A stretch of DNA of 63,229 nucleotides, filler included, from Ministeria vibrans ATCC 50519 (GCA_943704425.1; 4 parts of 4 records of this genome joined end to end with filler, not necessarily neighbours in it), one strand, 5' to 3'; shown: positions 1-13,033, numbered from the whole stretch's first letter. Numbers and translations: made by a program. The notes: generated by a model not told the origin, from the sequence alone.

Positions 1-427
1 GGAAAGGATTCAAAGAAAAATTGTGCAAGACACATTTTGGGATATGGAAATGGGTTTGGATTAAGTGTGTCGTGGTAAAGAGTGGCGTTTGAGGAATGGT
101 GTCCGTGAGTGTGTTTGATGGGAGGTAATGTCGCGTGTGAGATCAGTGGTTTTGGGTGTATTGGGGATTCTGGCATGTGGCGTGAGGTGATAAAAAAAAA
201 CCAAGGAATTTATTGAGGAAAAGACTATTAATTAGACCAATAATTAACAATTTAAAAGTCAGAACACTCAGAAGTCAGATGATTCATGACTCATGAGTCA
301 TCAGTCATGACTGCTGACTCGGATGACAGATCCGACAGAATCATTCGAATTATTCAAATAAAATAGATCAAATCGATTCAATTCCTCAGGCCTCACTACC
401 TGCCTCGCCTCTAGTTTGGCTCGAATA

Positions 428-501
428 ACTATTAACGTACACCCGAGAAGTAGCTTTGTGAATCACTATTAACGTACACCCGAGAAGTAGCTTTGTGAAT
501 C
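428..501. repeat. Exact 37-bp tandem duplication just upstream of the NR2C2AP ATG
   Basis: actattaacgtacacccgagaagtagctttgtgaatc at 428-464 and 465-501. Confidence 0.95.
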
Positions 502-508
502 TGGCACA

Positions 509-1001
509 ATGTCGCTTTTGGACGAGCGGGTGCGTATTCGCGTGAGCTCTGTGCTCAACCGGGACATCAAGCAGTACGGCAAGAAGTTTCTGACGGACGG
601 AAGTGACGAGACATGCTGGAACTCGGACGCCGGCGTCCCACAGCACATTACGATTGACTTTGGGCGAGCGGTGGTTGTCGAATCTTTGAAACTCATGTTC
701 CAAGTACACGAAGCCTTTCTCTTTCTCCCCAGCCCCACTGACCTCGTTTTGCCGGCACCGTTTGTAGGGGGGCTTTGTTGGCCAATCGTGTACACTCTTG
801 GCGAGCAAGAGCAGCGAGGTGGCGTCCCTCGCCGCTCTAGAACAGACCATTCACCCGGAGGACATCAACGCATCACAACACTTTCCTTTGCGTCCCCCCA
901 CCACCCCGATTTGCCTTCTTAGAATCCACTTTGACGCGTCCACCGACATCTTTGGCCGTGTTACCGTCTACACTCTTGATGTCATTGGCACCGACGCGTA
1001 A
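509..1001 (+). CDS. NR2C2AP: Nuclear receptor 2C2-associated protein (TRA16), discoidin/APC10-like fold; 2 exons (intron 704-767)
   Basis: Spliced protein RVSSVLNRDIKQYGKKFLTDGSDETCWNSDAG...LMFQ|GGFVG...FDASTDIFGRVTVYTLDVIG matches family motifs; GT-AG intron joins the two ORF-track pieces. Confidence 0.9.
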
Positions 1002-1194
1002 CTTTCCCCGCTACCCTTGTACATACCAGTGTAGTTCTTACAGGTCCTCTATTACTACTCTATCCATCTATCCATCTATACCTCTGTGCTACACTTTTGG
1101 TTCACTACGCCTTACGTATGAAGTACGAAGTTCTACTACTACTACTGTACTGGATTTTTTATAATTCGATTCGATTCACTTCTGTACACACCAC

Positions 1195-2057
1195 TCAAGA
1201 CGACGACGCAGAAGCATCGCCGCGTCCTCTGCCGCCTCGCCCTCCGCCTCCGCGTCCACCGCCTCCTCTCCCTCCGCGACCTCGGTAGCCGCCACGATCA
1301 CCGCCGCCACCTCCGCGACCCCCACGGTAGCCACCGCGGCCACCTCCGCGACTGCTGCGCGGCTCTTCCTTCACCATATCAATGACTGTGTCCGGAATGC
1401 GAATGTACTTAATGGTGTTGCCGCGAATGTAGCACTCGGGCAAACGCCAAAATCTGTCGCCATCCTATGTATACAAAAGCAAAAGACAGAGCTTAGCTCG
1501 ATGGAGCGGTATACGAATGGTCTTACGCGACTTGTGCAAATCACTTCTCGCAAGTTGATGTTCATCCAGTGGTCCGCATTCACCAGGTGTCCATTGAACG
1601 TTTCGCCGTTTTTGAGTTCCACCAGCTGAGCAAAACAACAGTATGGTCAGGCGGGAGAGCGTAGAGTGGGCAAGAGGGAGGGGAGAAGGAAAAGAATAAT
1701 GATGCTGCGACGCCGCTCACACCCCCCCCCACTGCCCGCTTCTAGGTAAAGACAGGGCCCATCGCATGCGTCGGAGCGCACAGAGGCAACTCTGACCCCG
1801 GTACGGTCGCGCATCAACGCAAAACGTCGCCGCTCTGAATTTCGAAAGGAAAAGTCGTTGTGCAACAAACGAAAGACTGCGCTGGTACAAGACCCAATCA
1901 CAGCGTGTGCCCTGGCAATGCCGCACACGCACACACGTACACACACACAACGGGCAATGCCAGCAGGCCAAGGCGTCAGACGGGAATGCAGTTTCTTCTT
2001 TGTGCTACCCACCATTGGTTGGTTCTGCGCCGCCCTGAGCAGCGAAAGAGGTAGCAT
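1195..2057 (-). CDS. LSM4: U6 snRNA-associated Sm-like protein LSm4 with RGG tail; 3 exons (first intron 1626-2012)
   Basis: [15 protein letters not shown]|[33 protein letters not shown]|[24 protein letters not shown] plus RGG-rich C-terminus. Confidence 0.97.
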
Positions 2058-2217
2058 GGCTGACGGTGGTACAACGCCTAAGGGAACTACAGAAAACTTT
2101 AAAAGATTATGTAGAACTTAGAAAAGGTTCAAGAGAGGATTCCAATTTATTATCAATCACAAACGAAAAGCGACAACACTAACAGCTCATATGAAAAAAT
2201 AGAAGATTCAAGATTAA

Positions 2218-2697
2218 GGAAGAAGAATACAGCCCATTTATTAATGATACAGATGAAGAAGAAGAAGAAGAATAGTACAACCCATTTATTAATGACACAT
2301 TAATGATACAGATCAAGAAGAAGAAGAAAGAAGAATACAACCCATTTATTAATGATACAGAAGAAGAAGAATAGTACAACCCATTTATTAATGACACATT
2401 AATGATACAGATCAAGAAGAAGAAGAAAGAAGAATACAACCCATTTATTAATGATACAGAAGAAGAAGAATAGTACAACCCATTTATTAATGACACATTA
2501 ATGATACAGATCAAGAAGAAGAAGAAAGAAGAATACAACCCATTTATTAATGATACAGAAGAAGAAGAATAGTACAACCCATTTATTAATGACACATTAA
2601 TGATACAGATCAAGAAGAAGAAGAAAGAAGAATACAACCCATTTATTAATGATACAGAAGAAGAAGAATAGTACAACCCATTTTGATGCAGTCACCC
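2218..2697. repeat. Tandem array of ~120-bp units built on the core AACCCATTTATTAATGA(T/C)AC plus (GAA)n
   Basis: Repeats read directly; the same core recurs at 7645-7691, 31755-31796 and 33106-33143. Confidence 0.92.
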
Positions 2698-2873
2698 ACC
2701 AGATCTACAACAAAAGCACAAGTGCAATCGATATCAAATAGAAGAAGAAGAGGACGTTTCCAATGTCGATCAATTTCATCAAAACTGATTTGTTTTGCCA
2801 CATTCAACCAAAAAGTATTGGGGAAAGTATGTTTATTATCGTGGGTACTTTCTGAAGAGCAGAAGTAAAGAGA

Positions 2874-5447
2874 TCACAATTCCTTCTCGAGAAAGAGTGA
2901 CCCCAAATCAACGAGCCACTGGACATACTCGACAAAGGAGACGGACTCGTTGCCGTCCTTGTCCAGCGACTGCAGACAGTCCTCCATCGACGCGAGCGAG
3001 TAGCCACTCCAGACCAGATGCGCATGTAACATGGCAAACTCTTCACGGTTGAGACTCCCCGAGTTGGCTATACAAGACAAATGAGTAAGAGAGAGAAGAC
3101 GGCGGTAGAAATTGGTACTTTCGTCAAACGACTGGAAGTGCTGAATACACCGCTTGAGGTCAGCGAGATCGTCTACAGGTGAGCAAGAGTAAGCAATACA
3201 AAATACAAAGTGCACTGCACACACGAAGCAAAACACAGCAACAACGAGAGCACAATGACAATGAAACTGTTCCAGACACACTCACGCAAACACAAAGATA
3301 GAAAGATATAAATGATCACGTACTGTCAGACAGCTGCAGCTTCTCGAGAAAACCGTCCTTGGAGTACCACGCAATAAATTCATCGTAGTCAATGTAGCGG
3401 TTTCCATCGGCATCCAAGAGACGCACAACAATGTCAAACTCCTCGTCGGACGGGAATGTGTGACCCAGGGAATAGCACAGCTCACGGAAGTCATTGTACC
3501 CAATCTGGTTGTCCTTGGCGTACTTGTCAAATATGTCGCGTGCAGAGGGCATTGCCGGCTTTTCTTTGGTCGTGTACACTCTGCGGAGAGGTCGATGCGC
3601 GTTTCAGAGACACACATTCACAAAACGACAATTAATATTAATAATTATTAATAAAAAGAAAAGAAAAAATCACACAAACACACAAACAGGAGAGAAAGAA
3701 AAAAGACAGGAGAGAGAGACAGATATATCCGGAGAGAGGGAAGAACAAAGTGTCGAGTGGTTTGTGTGTGCGAACCAAATGGACACACATACACCCATGC
3801 ACACACAAATACAATGATACAAAGATACAGTAACAAAAAATCGCAGTAGAATACGAGCTCGCACACACATCATCATCATCATCATCGAGTGGTTTGTGTG
3901 TGCGAACCAAATGGACACACATACACCCATGCACACACAAATACAATGATACAAAGATACAGTAACAAAAAATCGCAGTAGAATACGAGCTCGCACACAC
4001 ATCATCATCATCATCATCATCATCATTAATACTTACTTTGTGCGTCTACGCTGAAGACCCGTCGTCTTGCGCTTGGGAGCAGCCTAAATAAACCAACGGT
4101 TCATACCTCCTTCTCCTTCTAAGGCTTCATATTCCTTTTTGTTTGATTTGTTTACCCGCCACGCTTTAGCCAGCGTCAGATTGTGCTTGTGAGCCACTTC
4201 AAGAAACTTCTTTTTGAGCAAACAGTTATCCTTGAAACGCATAATGAAGAAGTCAGCATACACAGAAATCACTTTCTCCCTCTGTTACTCTGTTTCTTTC
4301 TCCCTCCCTCCTTTCTCGAAATCTCTTTCTCCCTCTCTCTCTCTCTCGTTTCGACTTACGTCATGAAAGGCAGTTTTCATGTCAGCCAAAGCCAAACGAT
4401 TGCTCAGACGTCCAGACAACAAATTGAATTCCTCCTAAGGTAGCGAGAAAAGTTCAGTAAAAGGGCGAACGGAACTAAATGTTTCGTACAAAGGCCAGCA
4501 TTCCATCGCCATTCTCATCAAACGCATTGAACATGTCATCCAGATTAATTGTGGCTGGCTCTTCCTCTAAAAGTACACACTGAGTGAGAAACACAATTAC
4601 TCATTCACAAGTGAGAAAGAGACGTTTGGGAATATCAGGGGAGGCAGGAGGCAGATTGGCTGTCTCCGTCGCCATCTGCAGCTGTGCCAGATACGCCTTG
4701 CGCTCCTCCTCGGCTCGTCGCAGCTGCTCCTCATCGTCGTCGTCAAGCTCGTCCAGAAACTCGCAGTCCTCAAGATCTGTACGATTACACACACACAAAT
4801 AAAAACCATTTGTAAGCGCACATTTCACACTACCACAAGTTTCGTTTCTCGTACCTGGTGGAAGGTCTTCCAGAACTGGAGGAACGCCCTTGAAGGCAAC
4901 TTCTTCGCTCTTGCGCCGTGACGCGCTCTCTTTGTCCACTGGCGGCACATATACCCCATCAGCACTAAGTAACAACCGTTGAGAAGAGAGGTGTGCTTGT
5001 TCGCAACTTCGACGGGTAAACTACCGAGAAATGCTATCGCTGGACACGCCAGACTCGTCAAGGGGCGGCAGCATAGAACGGCCCTTCTTGAGAGGATTGG
5101 CAGCAACAGCAGCAACAGTAGCAGCAGAACTAGCAGCAGCAGGAGTGTCGACATTTGCATTGGCTGAAGAAGGCGCAACAGGTGCAGAAGATGGAGGGAG
5201 GCGGGACGTCGCAGTCACAGTAGTACTGACAACAGCGTCACTGCCGGCACGGGTGAGCTCACGCAGCGACTCCTCAGTGTGACCAGGCGGTGGAGGGAGG
5301 CTGGTGGGCGGCGGAGGGAGCACCTCCTTGTCGCCCACAGACGGGTTGAACTTGACCATTGTCGAAGAGCGCTTTACCAATCCATCACTACAGAGAGATA
5401 ATAAAGTGTCAGTGTACACACTCAGTCACGCGCGCACATACATACAT

Positions 5448-5528
<81 letters not shown>

Positions 5529-6019
5529 GACATCTTGTCTGCGTACTGTCCTTCAGCCGCTGCATTGGTGATGGGCCAGTTGTCAAGCAGATAGCGCACC
5601 ACAGCCGCCTCAGCATCCGCATCCACACTGAGGAGTACTTCCTCCACAGCTAAACACACATAAAACGCACACACACAAAATCATCAATAAATATTATTAT
5701 AGTTATATGCAATAGTTCTCTAACCGCTAGCACTCGGGTGAAGCAACAACGGTCCAAAGAACACTGAGAGTGTTTCCGTAGTGATTCCATTGTCCTAATT
5801 GATGTATACAACACACACAAAGTGAGATTTCCTTTAACTGCATCGAGCAGCCATTGCTGTGCGTACCAGAGACTGAGCGAGTTTGTGAAGATGATCAAAG
5901 ATAAGGTCGAGCGTGACTCGGTTGGTGTGTGGCAGTCGATTGTAGCGACTGGTCATGGCAATGCGCCCCTCAACTCCAAACGGACTAATCGACTACACAA
6001 CAAAAGTCACTACCACACA

Positions 6020-6104
<85 letters not shown>

Positions 6105-7451
6105 AATTTATATTATATATAGAAACGCACACAACGTTATACCTTGATGGTACGGAGGATGTTGGGATAGAGTGCGTGAGGGAAGAGTGGCTCTGGCAGT
6201 TCCGAGAGATACGCGACAAGCAGCGACGCGACGTCTTTAGGGTGCGTCGCCGTCTTGTTGTGCACTTTGGAGACATCTGTGCTCCCGTCCAGACTCTCTT
6301 CAATCGCCTGTATGTGTGTGTGTGTTTGTGCGCGTGTGTTTGAGAGAGAGAGAGAAAACAATCGTCTGTACCTCTCTGAGTTTGCGCACAGTGGACACTT
6401 TTCCGGGCGTAGTGTACAAAGATGGCTGCGTCAAACCAATCAACACGGCGCACAAACAATGAGAAAGAATGGATTGGATCCTCTTTGTGGTACCGTTTGA
6501 AGGGCGTGCTCATTGAGATAGGAGACGCACTGGTTAATGACTATGGGGACTTTCTGACCACCACGCGCTGCTGCACCCTCCAGATCCATTCCGAACAGAC
6601 ACGCGTCGTCGGTGTACTGCAACTCAATCTTCATTGAGCCCTGCGGGTTCACCTTCACTTCCATCTCGTGTGTTTCGCCGTCAAGGAATCCCACCAGATC
6701 AATGAGCACATAGCCGCACAAGTTCTGTTTCTTGAACATCGACCACTCGTACAAAAACACCGCCACAACTCGTCCCGATGAAATGTCCAAGTTGAACTGC
6801 TCGCCCCACACGGGCGTCGTGGTGCTCTTTGAGCCAGAGCAGCGGCAGAGGCGTTCGAGTGAGATAAGGAGAGAAGACAAACCCGCATTTGGCTCACCTT
6901 CTTCACTGCAGTCTTGCCCGCCTTCAGCAACTTGTTGTGGCTATCGTGTCGCACCCACGCAAACGTGTGCTCGCACGAGCCCTTCTTTCCGTGTCCCGCA
7001 AGTCCGTCAGCACTAAAATCAGAACCAAATTCCTCAGTCTCTTCTGATCAGCGCTCGTACGAAGCAAGACGAGCCCGGCTCACCTAATAATCCGAATGGA
7101 TGCGGTTCCATCCAGCGTGCGTGAACTCAAGGGCCCCGGCGGCTTCTGCTTTCCAACAGGCTGTGCAGAAGTTTACGACATGAAATGAAGAAGAAGAAAA
7201 AAAAAACGACTTGTTGGGACTGAGTCTTACTCGCGCCTCCTGGACGAAGTTGGACTCGGGGTGCCAGTAGTAGATCTTACGCTGCAGCCCGCTGCTGACC
7301 ATCAACACCTACAAACGCCCCGCTTGAGACTGACAGCGCACCACAGACAACTCCTGCCCCGCCACAGCCACAGCCACAGCCACAGCCACACCACAACCCT
7401 CACCTGCCGCCATCCGTCTGCAACAATCTTCGAGTCTGTTCGGCGATTCAT
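2874..7451 (-). CDS. Multi-exon protein: WW-like, C2, RhoGAP-like (no Arg finger), Pro/acidic linker, about 5 EF-hands
   Basis: Hand splicing: DGWRQ|...KIYYWHPESNFVQEAR|P (WW-like); TTTPVWGEQFNLDI (C2); LFGMDLE...VPIVINQCVSYL, ELPEPLF, LPHTNRVTLDLIFDHL, SVFFGPLLL (RhoGAP); FDENGDGMLAF|EEF, LDADGNRYIDYDEF, LDKDGNESVSFVEY (EF loops). One donor (~4623) is weak. Confidence 0.8.
3753..4025. repeat. ~132-bp tandem duplication inside an intron of the RhoGAP/EF-hand gene
   Basis: Two near-identical units from tcgagtggtttgtgtgtgcgaacc to (atc)n. Confidence 0.92.
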
Positions 7452-7822
7452 ATTCGGAATAAGCAAACAACCTAAATCGAGTGAGATTTAGAATTACTGA
7501 AATGACTTACTTTCACTTTCTTCTCTTTTATTTTATATAGGCGACTCATAGCTTATATTATAACGTATATTAAAAAAGCAAAAGAATACTAAATGCAATG
7601 AGTACATAAAGAGAGCTGACTCAAAATTTGCTCCACTATCTAATAGAAGAAGAAGAATACAACCCATTTATTAATGATACAGTCACCACGCCTAATAAAA
7701 GAAGAAGACAACTATCTAACATGAGTGAAAATCCAATAATAAATAAGAAGTACAATAGTGTCGGATAATTGAATTTCGTCTTTTAATCTCTCGACTTATA
7801 TTTATAATAATTAATTTCATTT

Positions 7823-7894
<72 letters not shown>

Positions 7895-7994
7895 NNNNNN
7901 NNNNNNNNNNNNNNNNNNNNNNNNNNNNNNNNNNNNNNTTAATTAATTAANNNNNNNNNNNNNNNNNNNNNNNNNNNNNNNNNNNNNNNNNNNN
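7895..7994. other. Artificial scaffold linker (N44-TTAATTAATTAA-N44); also at 22395-22494 and 52803-52902
   Basis: Identical 100-nt pattern three times; stops in all six frames; unrelated truncated genes flank the latter two. Confidence 0.95.
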
Positions 7995-8532
7995 AAAAAA
8001 AAAAAAAAAAAAAAAGGGGATGTCACTTGTCAGAGATAACAAAGTGGAACAATGCGCATGTCAAAGCCATTTGATGTAAACGCTGTGGTTGGAATGGGTC
8101 GACTGGAATTGGAGTTGAGGTGTGGGCGGGACGCAAGCGGCAGAGAGGCCGTGTGGCGGGCGGGGATGGGGTGCGAAGGTCAGGCGGTTCTTATCACGTT
8201 ACACTCTGGCATTAGCGTCTACCGCAGCCACAGACACACATACACTCTCTCTCGCGCTCTCTCGGGTTGCGGCGTACAGGAATGTACAGATGGAGGCGGC
8301 TGTTGGAGATGGTTTTGGTGAAGTAGAGACGACAGTGCGGATTGGGCGTTGTGGGGCCCAGCGGGGCAGACATGGCGGCGGGCTCGGGCAAACGGCGGCG
8401 GCAGACGACACAACGCGACCTTGTCCTTGGCCACAACACGAAAACAAAACACAAATGATTTAATATGATGATCGATTCTTCGTCCAAATCGAAAAATATA
8501 ACTAATTCCTTCCAAACAAATTTAAATACATT

Positions 8533-11511
8533 ATGGTAAGAAATGTATTGCAGCGCTTCTCAAGCGTTTTCCATACCTTAACTTCATGTTTGCGGTTGCA
8601 GAGTGACGACGAAGATGAATTGAAACTTTTGCGAGAGCAGCGCAAAACAAGTAACGCGATTGCACTGATCTCCTCGTCCCACTCACTCGCTGTCTCTTCC
8701 AGGCGCACGAGGAGCGTCGGCGGGGTCATTTGGCGTGACGGGAGGACCCGCACGACCGGCGAGCACTGCGTCGTCGAGAGAGGACGAAACGACACGAAGG
8801 AGCGACGAAGCGCCCGTCCGGCCACGCCTGGGGACCACGGACGGCGCAATGCCCAGCAACATGTCGCCCGACGACATCATGGCTATGATGGGCTTTGGCG
8901 GCTTTGGAAAGGCCACTAAGGCCAATCCCCAGCAGAGTTCGCGCAAAATGGATCCGTCTGCGCGACTCGCCGAACGCACAGCGACAGAGACAAATGTCGA
9001 GGCACCCTCGAAGAAAGCAGACTCAGAGACCACGGACAACGATCACGTAACGAAACGAACGGAAGAGGAAGGAGACGACGAGGAGGACGACGAAGAGGAA
9101 GAGGAAGACGAAGACGAAGACGAGGAGGGGGGTGGAGGTGGAGAAGAAGAGTACAACGAGGAGGAGCGCGCTGCGGCCGCACGACACGTTCTGCCCGTGT
9201 CACACTCGGTGACGATGAAGCACGGCGCGCACGCAGTTTCGGCGTTGGCACTGGACCCGGCAGGAGCACGTCTGGCCACGGGCGACACACACTTTGAAGT
9301 GAAACTGTGGAACTTTGCGGGCATGGACTCGTCGATGCGCGCCTTCCGCACGTTCGAAATTGAAGGACACGCTCTGCGCGAACTTGACTACAATCTGTCG
9401 GGCGACATGTTTCTGTGCATCACAGGCAACTCACGACCGCGCGTCTACAATCGCGACGGAGCCAAGATTCTCGAGTGTGTCAAGGGCGACCCTTACCTCA
9501 ACGACATGACCCACACCAAAGGTACGCAATTGACTGAGTTGTTATTTTTTTTTAACCTTAACCCTAACCTTAACTCTAACCCTAACCTTAACCCTAACCT
9601 TAACCCTAACCTTAACCCTAACCCTAACATTAACCCTTTTGGGTCCATTTTCGTGCAAAAGCTTATTATTATTAATCATTTGTGTGTGATAATGATGATG
9701 ATAGGGCATATTTCAATGACCAACAGTGGCTGTTGGGATCCCACCGACAAGAGCCGGTTCTACTCATGTTCAACCGACTCGACAGTGCGTGTGTGGGACG
9801 CTAGCAAAGCCGCTTCGGGAGCAGTAAGCACCCACGAGACTCACACACAACATTTTAATATTGGGGTTTTGCAGTTGTCGAAGCAGGACCAAGTGATCCG
9901 CGTGAAGAGCCGCAAGGGCCACAAGGTCAACTGCACGGCCATGGCCTGTTCACCCGATGGGAAGCTCATTGCAGTCGCATCCAACGACGGCTCAATCCAA
10001 ATGTTCAAGGTCAGTCCAACTGTCCAAGTGTGTATTATGTTATGATTATATTTATGTATGTGTGCGTGTGTTAAAGGCAGTGTCATACTCTCTAATCCAT
10101 ATTCTAATCGTGACACACACTCCTCCACTTGATTTTGCACTCACATGTACGTTGTGGTTCACTTTTTTAGGGAGGCGGTGCCAGAGTGTTCAAGCCAACC
10201 ATTCACATTCACGATGCGCACGCCGCACAGTCCGAGACAAGCAGCATTGCATTCAGTCCACAGGGCGGTCCACAGGGATCCTATCCAGTAGTGACACGTG
10301 GGGGAGACGAGACTGTCAAACTGTGGGATGTGCGGGCGGCTGCGCGTCCCGTGCACGTCTGGACGGGCATTGAGAGTCTCTTTGTCGATGCTGATTGCTC
10401 CTTTGCACCCGATGGGCGTGCAGTTGTGTTTGGGCCGTCTGTGCGCAAGACACTGGCAAAGGGACAAACGGTGAGTTTGTGACTGAATGGGAACCCGTCT
10501 CTCATATCAATAACTGTACGGTTGTGTACTGATGATAGTATTGATTCGTAGACCATGGAAAGTGGGAGTGTGGATGTGTACGACGCTGTGTCGTCGTTCG
10601 AGCGACTGTCGTCCGTATCGCTGGCACCAGGCGTGTCCTGTGTGCGCACCCGATGGCACTCGCGCCTCAATCAGATTGTGGTCGGTTTGAGTGATGGAGA
10701 TGTCCAGGTATCGCGACTCATTTTGGTTTGTTTGTGTGTCTCTAACGCACCCACACGTACTCTCTCTTTCTCTTCTCTTCTTCTCTTTTCTTCTTTTTCT
10801 CGCTCAGGTATTGTATGATCCTCGCGTTAGCAACAAGGGCGCACTGTTGTGCGCTGGACGGGCCATCAGTCGTCGCCAGCGCGCCTTCAACGACGGTGTT
10901 GTCTCTGGCAACGGGCCTATCATCACGCCCCACGCACTGCCGCTCTTCCGTGGAGGTACTTCTCACCCACTCACTAATGCCCAATCACTCACACTTTCGC
11001 ACTGGCACTCACACAATCAATTCCGATGCACTCCTACTTTGTAGAGAAACACAAGAGCCGCAAACGACAGCGGGAGAAGGAGAGCGCCGAGGCCCGCAAG
11101 GCATTCCGGCCCGACCTGCCCCTCAACGGCCCCGGCAAAGGCGGACGCATCTCCGGCATGTCGACGCTCACGCAGCACATTGCACGCAACATTTCATACG
11201 ACGCAACCAAGGACGAGGATCCCCGCGAGGCCATCCTCAAGAAGGCAGCAGCAGCAGGTAAAAAAAACAAAAAAAAAACACCCACCACTGCAACGTACCC
11301 GTTCTTAGTGCGCTGACTCACACTTTCCTTTCCTAATACTTTGTTTCTCTGTCTCTCTCTTTTGCTCTCTCTCTCTCTCTCTCTCTCTCTTCCTTCTCTC
11401 TTTGCTTCTTTTTTGTGATCAGCTGCCAATCCGGAGTTTACCGCTATGTACTCCAAGACACAACCCGTCGCTGTGCTTGCCAAGACCGTTGACAGTGATG
11501 ATGAGACGTGA
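8533..11511 (+). CDS. WDR70: WD repeat protein 70 (Gad-1); multi-exon, first coding exon is only the ATG
   Basis: MAMMGFGGFGK, LPVSHSVTMKHG...VSALALDPAGARLATG, ECVKGDPYLNDMTHTKG|HIS, IITPHALPLFR, RPDLPLNGPGKGGR, DEDPREAILK, YSKTQP. Confidence 0.95.
9552..9637 (+). repeat. Intronic telomere-like repeat (CCCTAA/CCTTAA)n
   Basis: Lies within the WDR70 intron 9522-9703. Confidence 0.9.
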
Positions 11512-11552
11512 TAAATATAATTTTCTCCAATTTTGGTTTTCATTCTATATTA

Positions 11553-11565
11553 TTACAGTCGTTTG

Positions 11566-11597
<32 letters not shown>

Positions 11598-12915
11598 GGT
11601 GGTGGTGGTGGCGGTGGTGGTAGTGATAACATTGGTGTGATTACCATTGGTTGTGTGTGCGCGTCGGTGTTTGAGGGACGTAAGAGAGTCCTTTGGAAGA
11701 GTGCGATAGGGACCAGTGCCATTGGTGCTACTACGGTTCGGTCCACTTGCACTACTGTCTGTGCTGCTGTTGGGCATGGAGTAGTAAAGAAGAAGTAGCG
11801 TGGCGAGAGTGCAGAGGAGAATGATTGCAATTGTGGATGAGTTTGAGCTGATGAGACGAGGGAAGAAGAACCATTCGGGCACAACGGAGGGTCGCTCGCG
11901 ATGGGTGATCTTGGCGGACGCCACACGGTCGTTGGCCTGCTGCTGAAGCGTGTTGGCGGAACCCGAGGCACTCTGGTGCATGGAAGCAGTCGTCTTGTGT
12001 GAGGTGTTGTCGCCGACTCGTCGTAGTGCGGCGACGGCCAGCGGGAAGTTGGGCTCGGCCAGGAGTGCATTGCGGTACTCGTGTGCCGCCAAACTCATGC
12101 TGTCGCGCGACTCTAATACGCCACCCATGGTGTAGTGGTACAGAAAGGCCGGAGTGCTTTCAAGCTTGGCGGCGAGATTGAGGACCGACTCGGCCTCTTC
12201 GAAGCGCCCGGCGAACAGGAGCAAGCGTGCAAAGTTGACGTGGGCCTCGCCATGCTGCGGATTGAGAGCCAGCGCCTGCCGGAGACACTCTATCGCGTAG
12301 GGCAGCTCGCCACGGACACGCCAATAGGTGGACGCCTCGTGGTAGACGTTGGCGGACGGGACGGTCACAATGGCGTTGCGCAGCAGCGTGGCAACCTTGG
12401 CAACGCCGCCGTGCCGATCAAAGACCTTGTCGAGCGTCGGATCGCGATCTGTGCCCATGCGCAGGAACGCTCGATCCCGCACAGCCTGGAAGTGATCAAT
12501 GGGAGACGTGCCCACAAAGGGTGCACAGGTCAGGGGATCTTCTCGTGCCGCCTGAAACTTTCTTCGCCTGAGACAGAGTGATCAAAAAAAAAAAAAAGAA
12601 ACGTGAGTTTGAGAGAGAGAGAGAGAGACACAGCAAGAAAAGTAAGACGAATCAAGAGTCCAAAGCCTGATAGGGTAATAGAAAAGTGATCATTGAACAG
12701 ATGGGGATCAAGCGGCGTCGATGCAACGCACGGAGAGCGGCGTACATGGCGAGAGATTCGGCGACAATGGCAATTCCACGCGACGAATCGGTCGAGGGAA
12801 TTGTCTCGGTCGAAGCGACCGGTTCAATCACGCCGCTCGTCGATAATTTCCATCGCGTTCCATTCGATCTAGTCTGTGTGATCACGATGGCGACGAGAAT
12901 CAACAGTCGCAGCAT
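11553..12915 (-). CDS. TTC17-like TPR protein with signal peptide and a C-terminal hydrophobic segment
   Basis: MLRLLILVAIVITQT...TRWKLSTSGVIEP; SPIDHFQAVRDR; YHEASTYWRVRGELPYAIECLRQAL is typical of TTC17; IAIILLCTLATLLLLYY. Confidence 0.72.
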
Positions 12916-13033
12916 GCGAGAAAAAAAAAATAATTCGTCAATAATTCGTATTTTAGTTTGCGATCAGTCTTGAAACGTGCGAAAAATCTCTTCCCCTCCA
13001 AACGACCCCAAGATCATTAATTTATATTTGTAT

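Noticed and set aside
2179-2676. 165-aa hydrophobic repetitive ORF
   Set aside because: Translation of the non-coding 120-bp tandem array
7895-7994. TTAATTAATTAA palindrome recurring three times inside N runs
   Set aside because: Artificial six-frame-stop linker, not biological; neighbours across it (myosin/PKA, SAP/PTB) should not be fused
8273-8373. Possible first exon on the minus strand (MSAPLGPTTPNPHCRLYFTKTISNSRLHLYIP), faintly B3-domain-like
   Set aside because: No in-frame downstream exon could be built before the gap; similarity too short to support
8533-8535. First coding exon consisting only of ATG in WDR70
   Set aside because: Start-codon introns are common in eukaryotes
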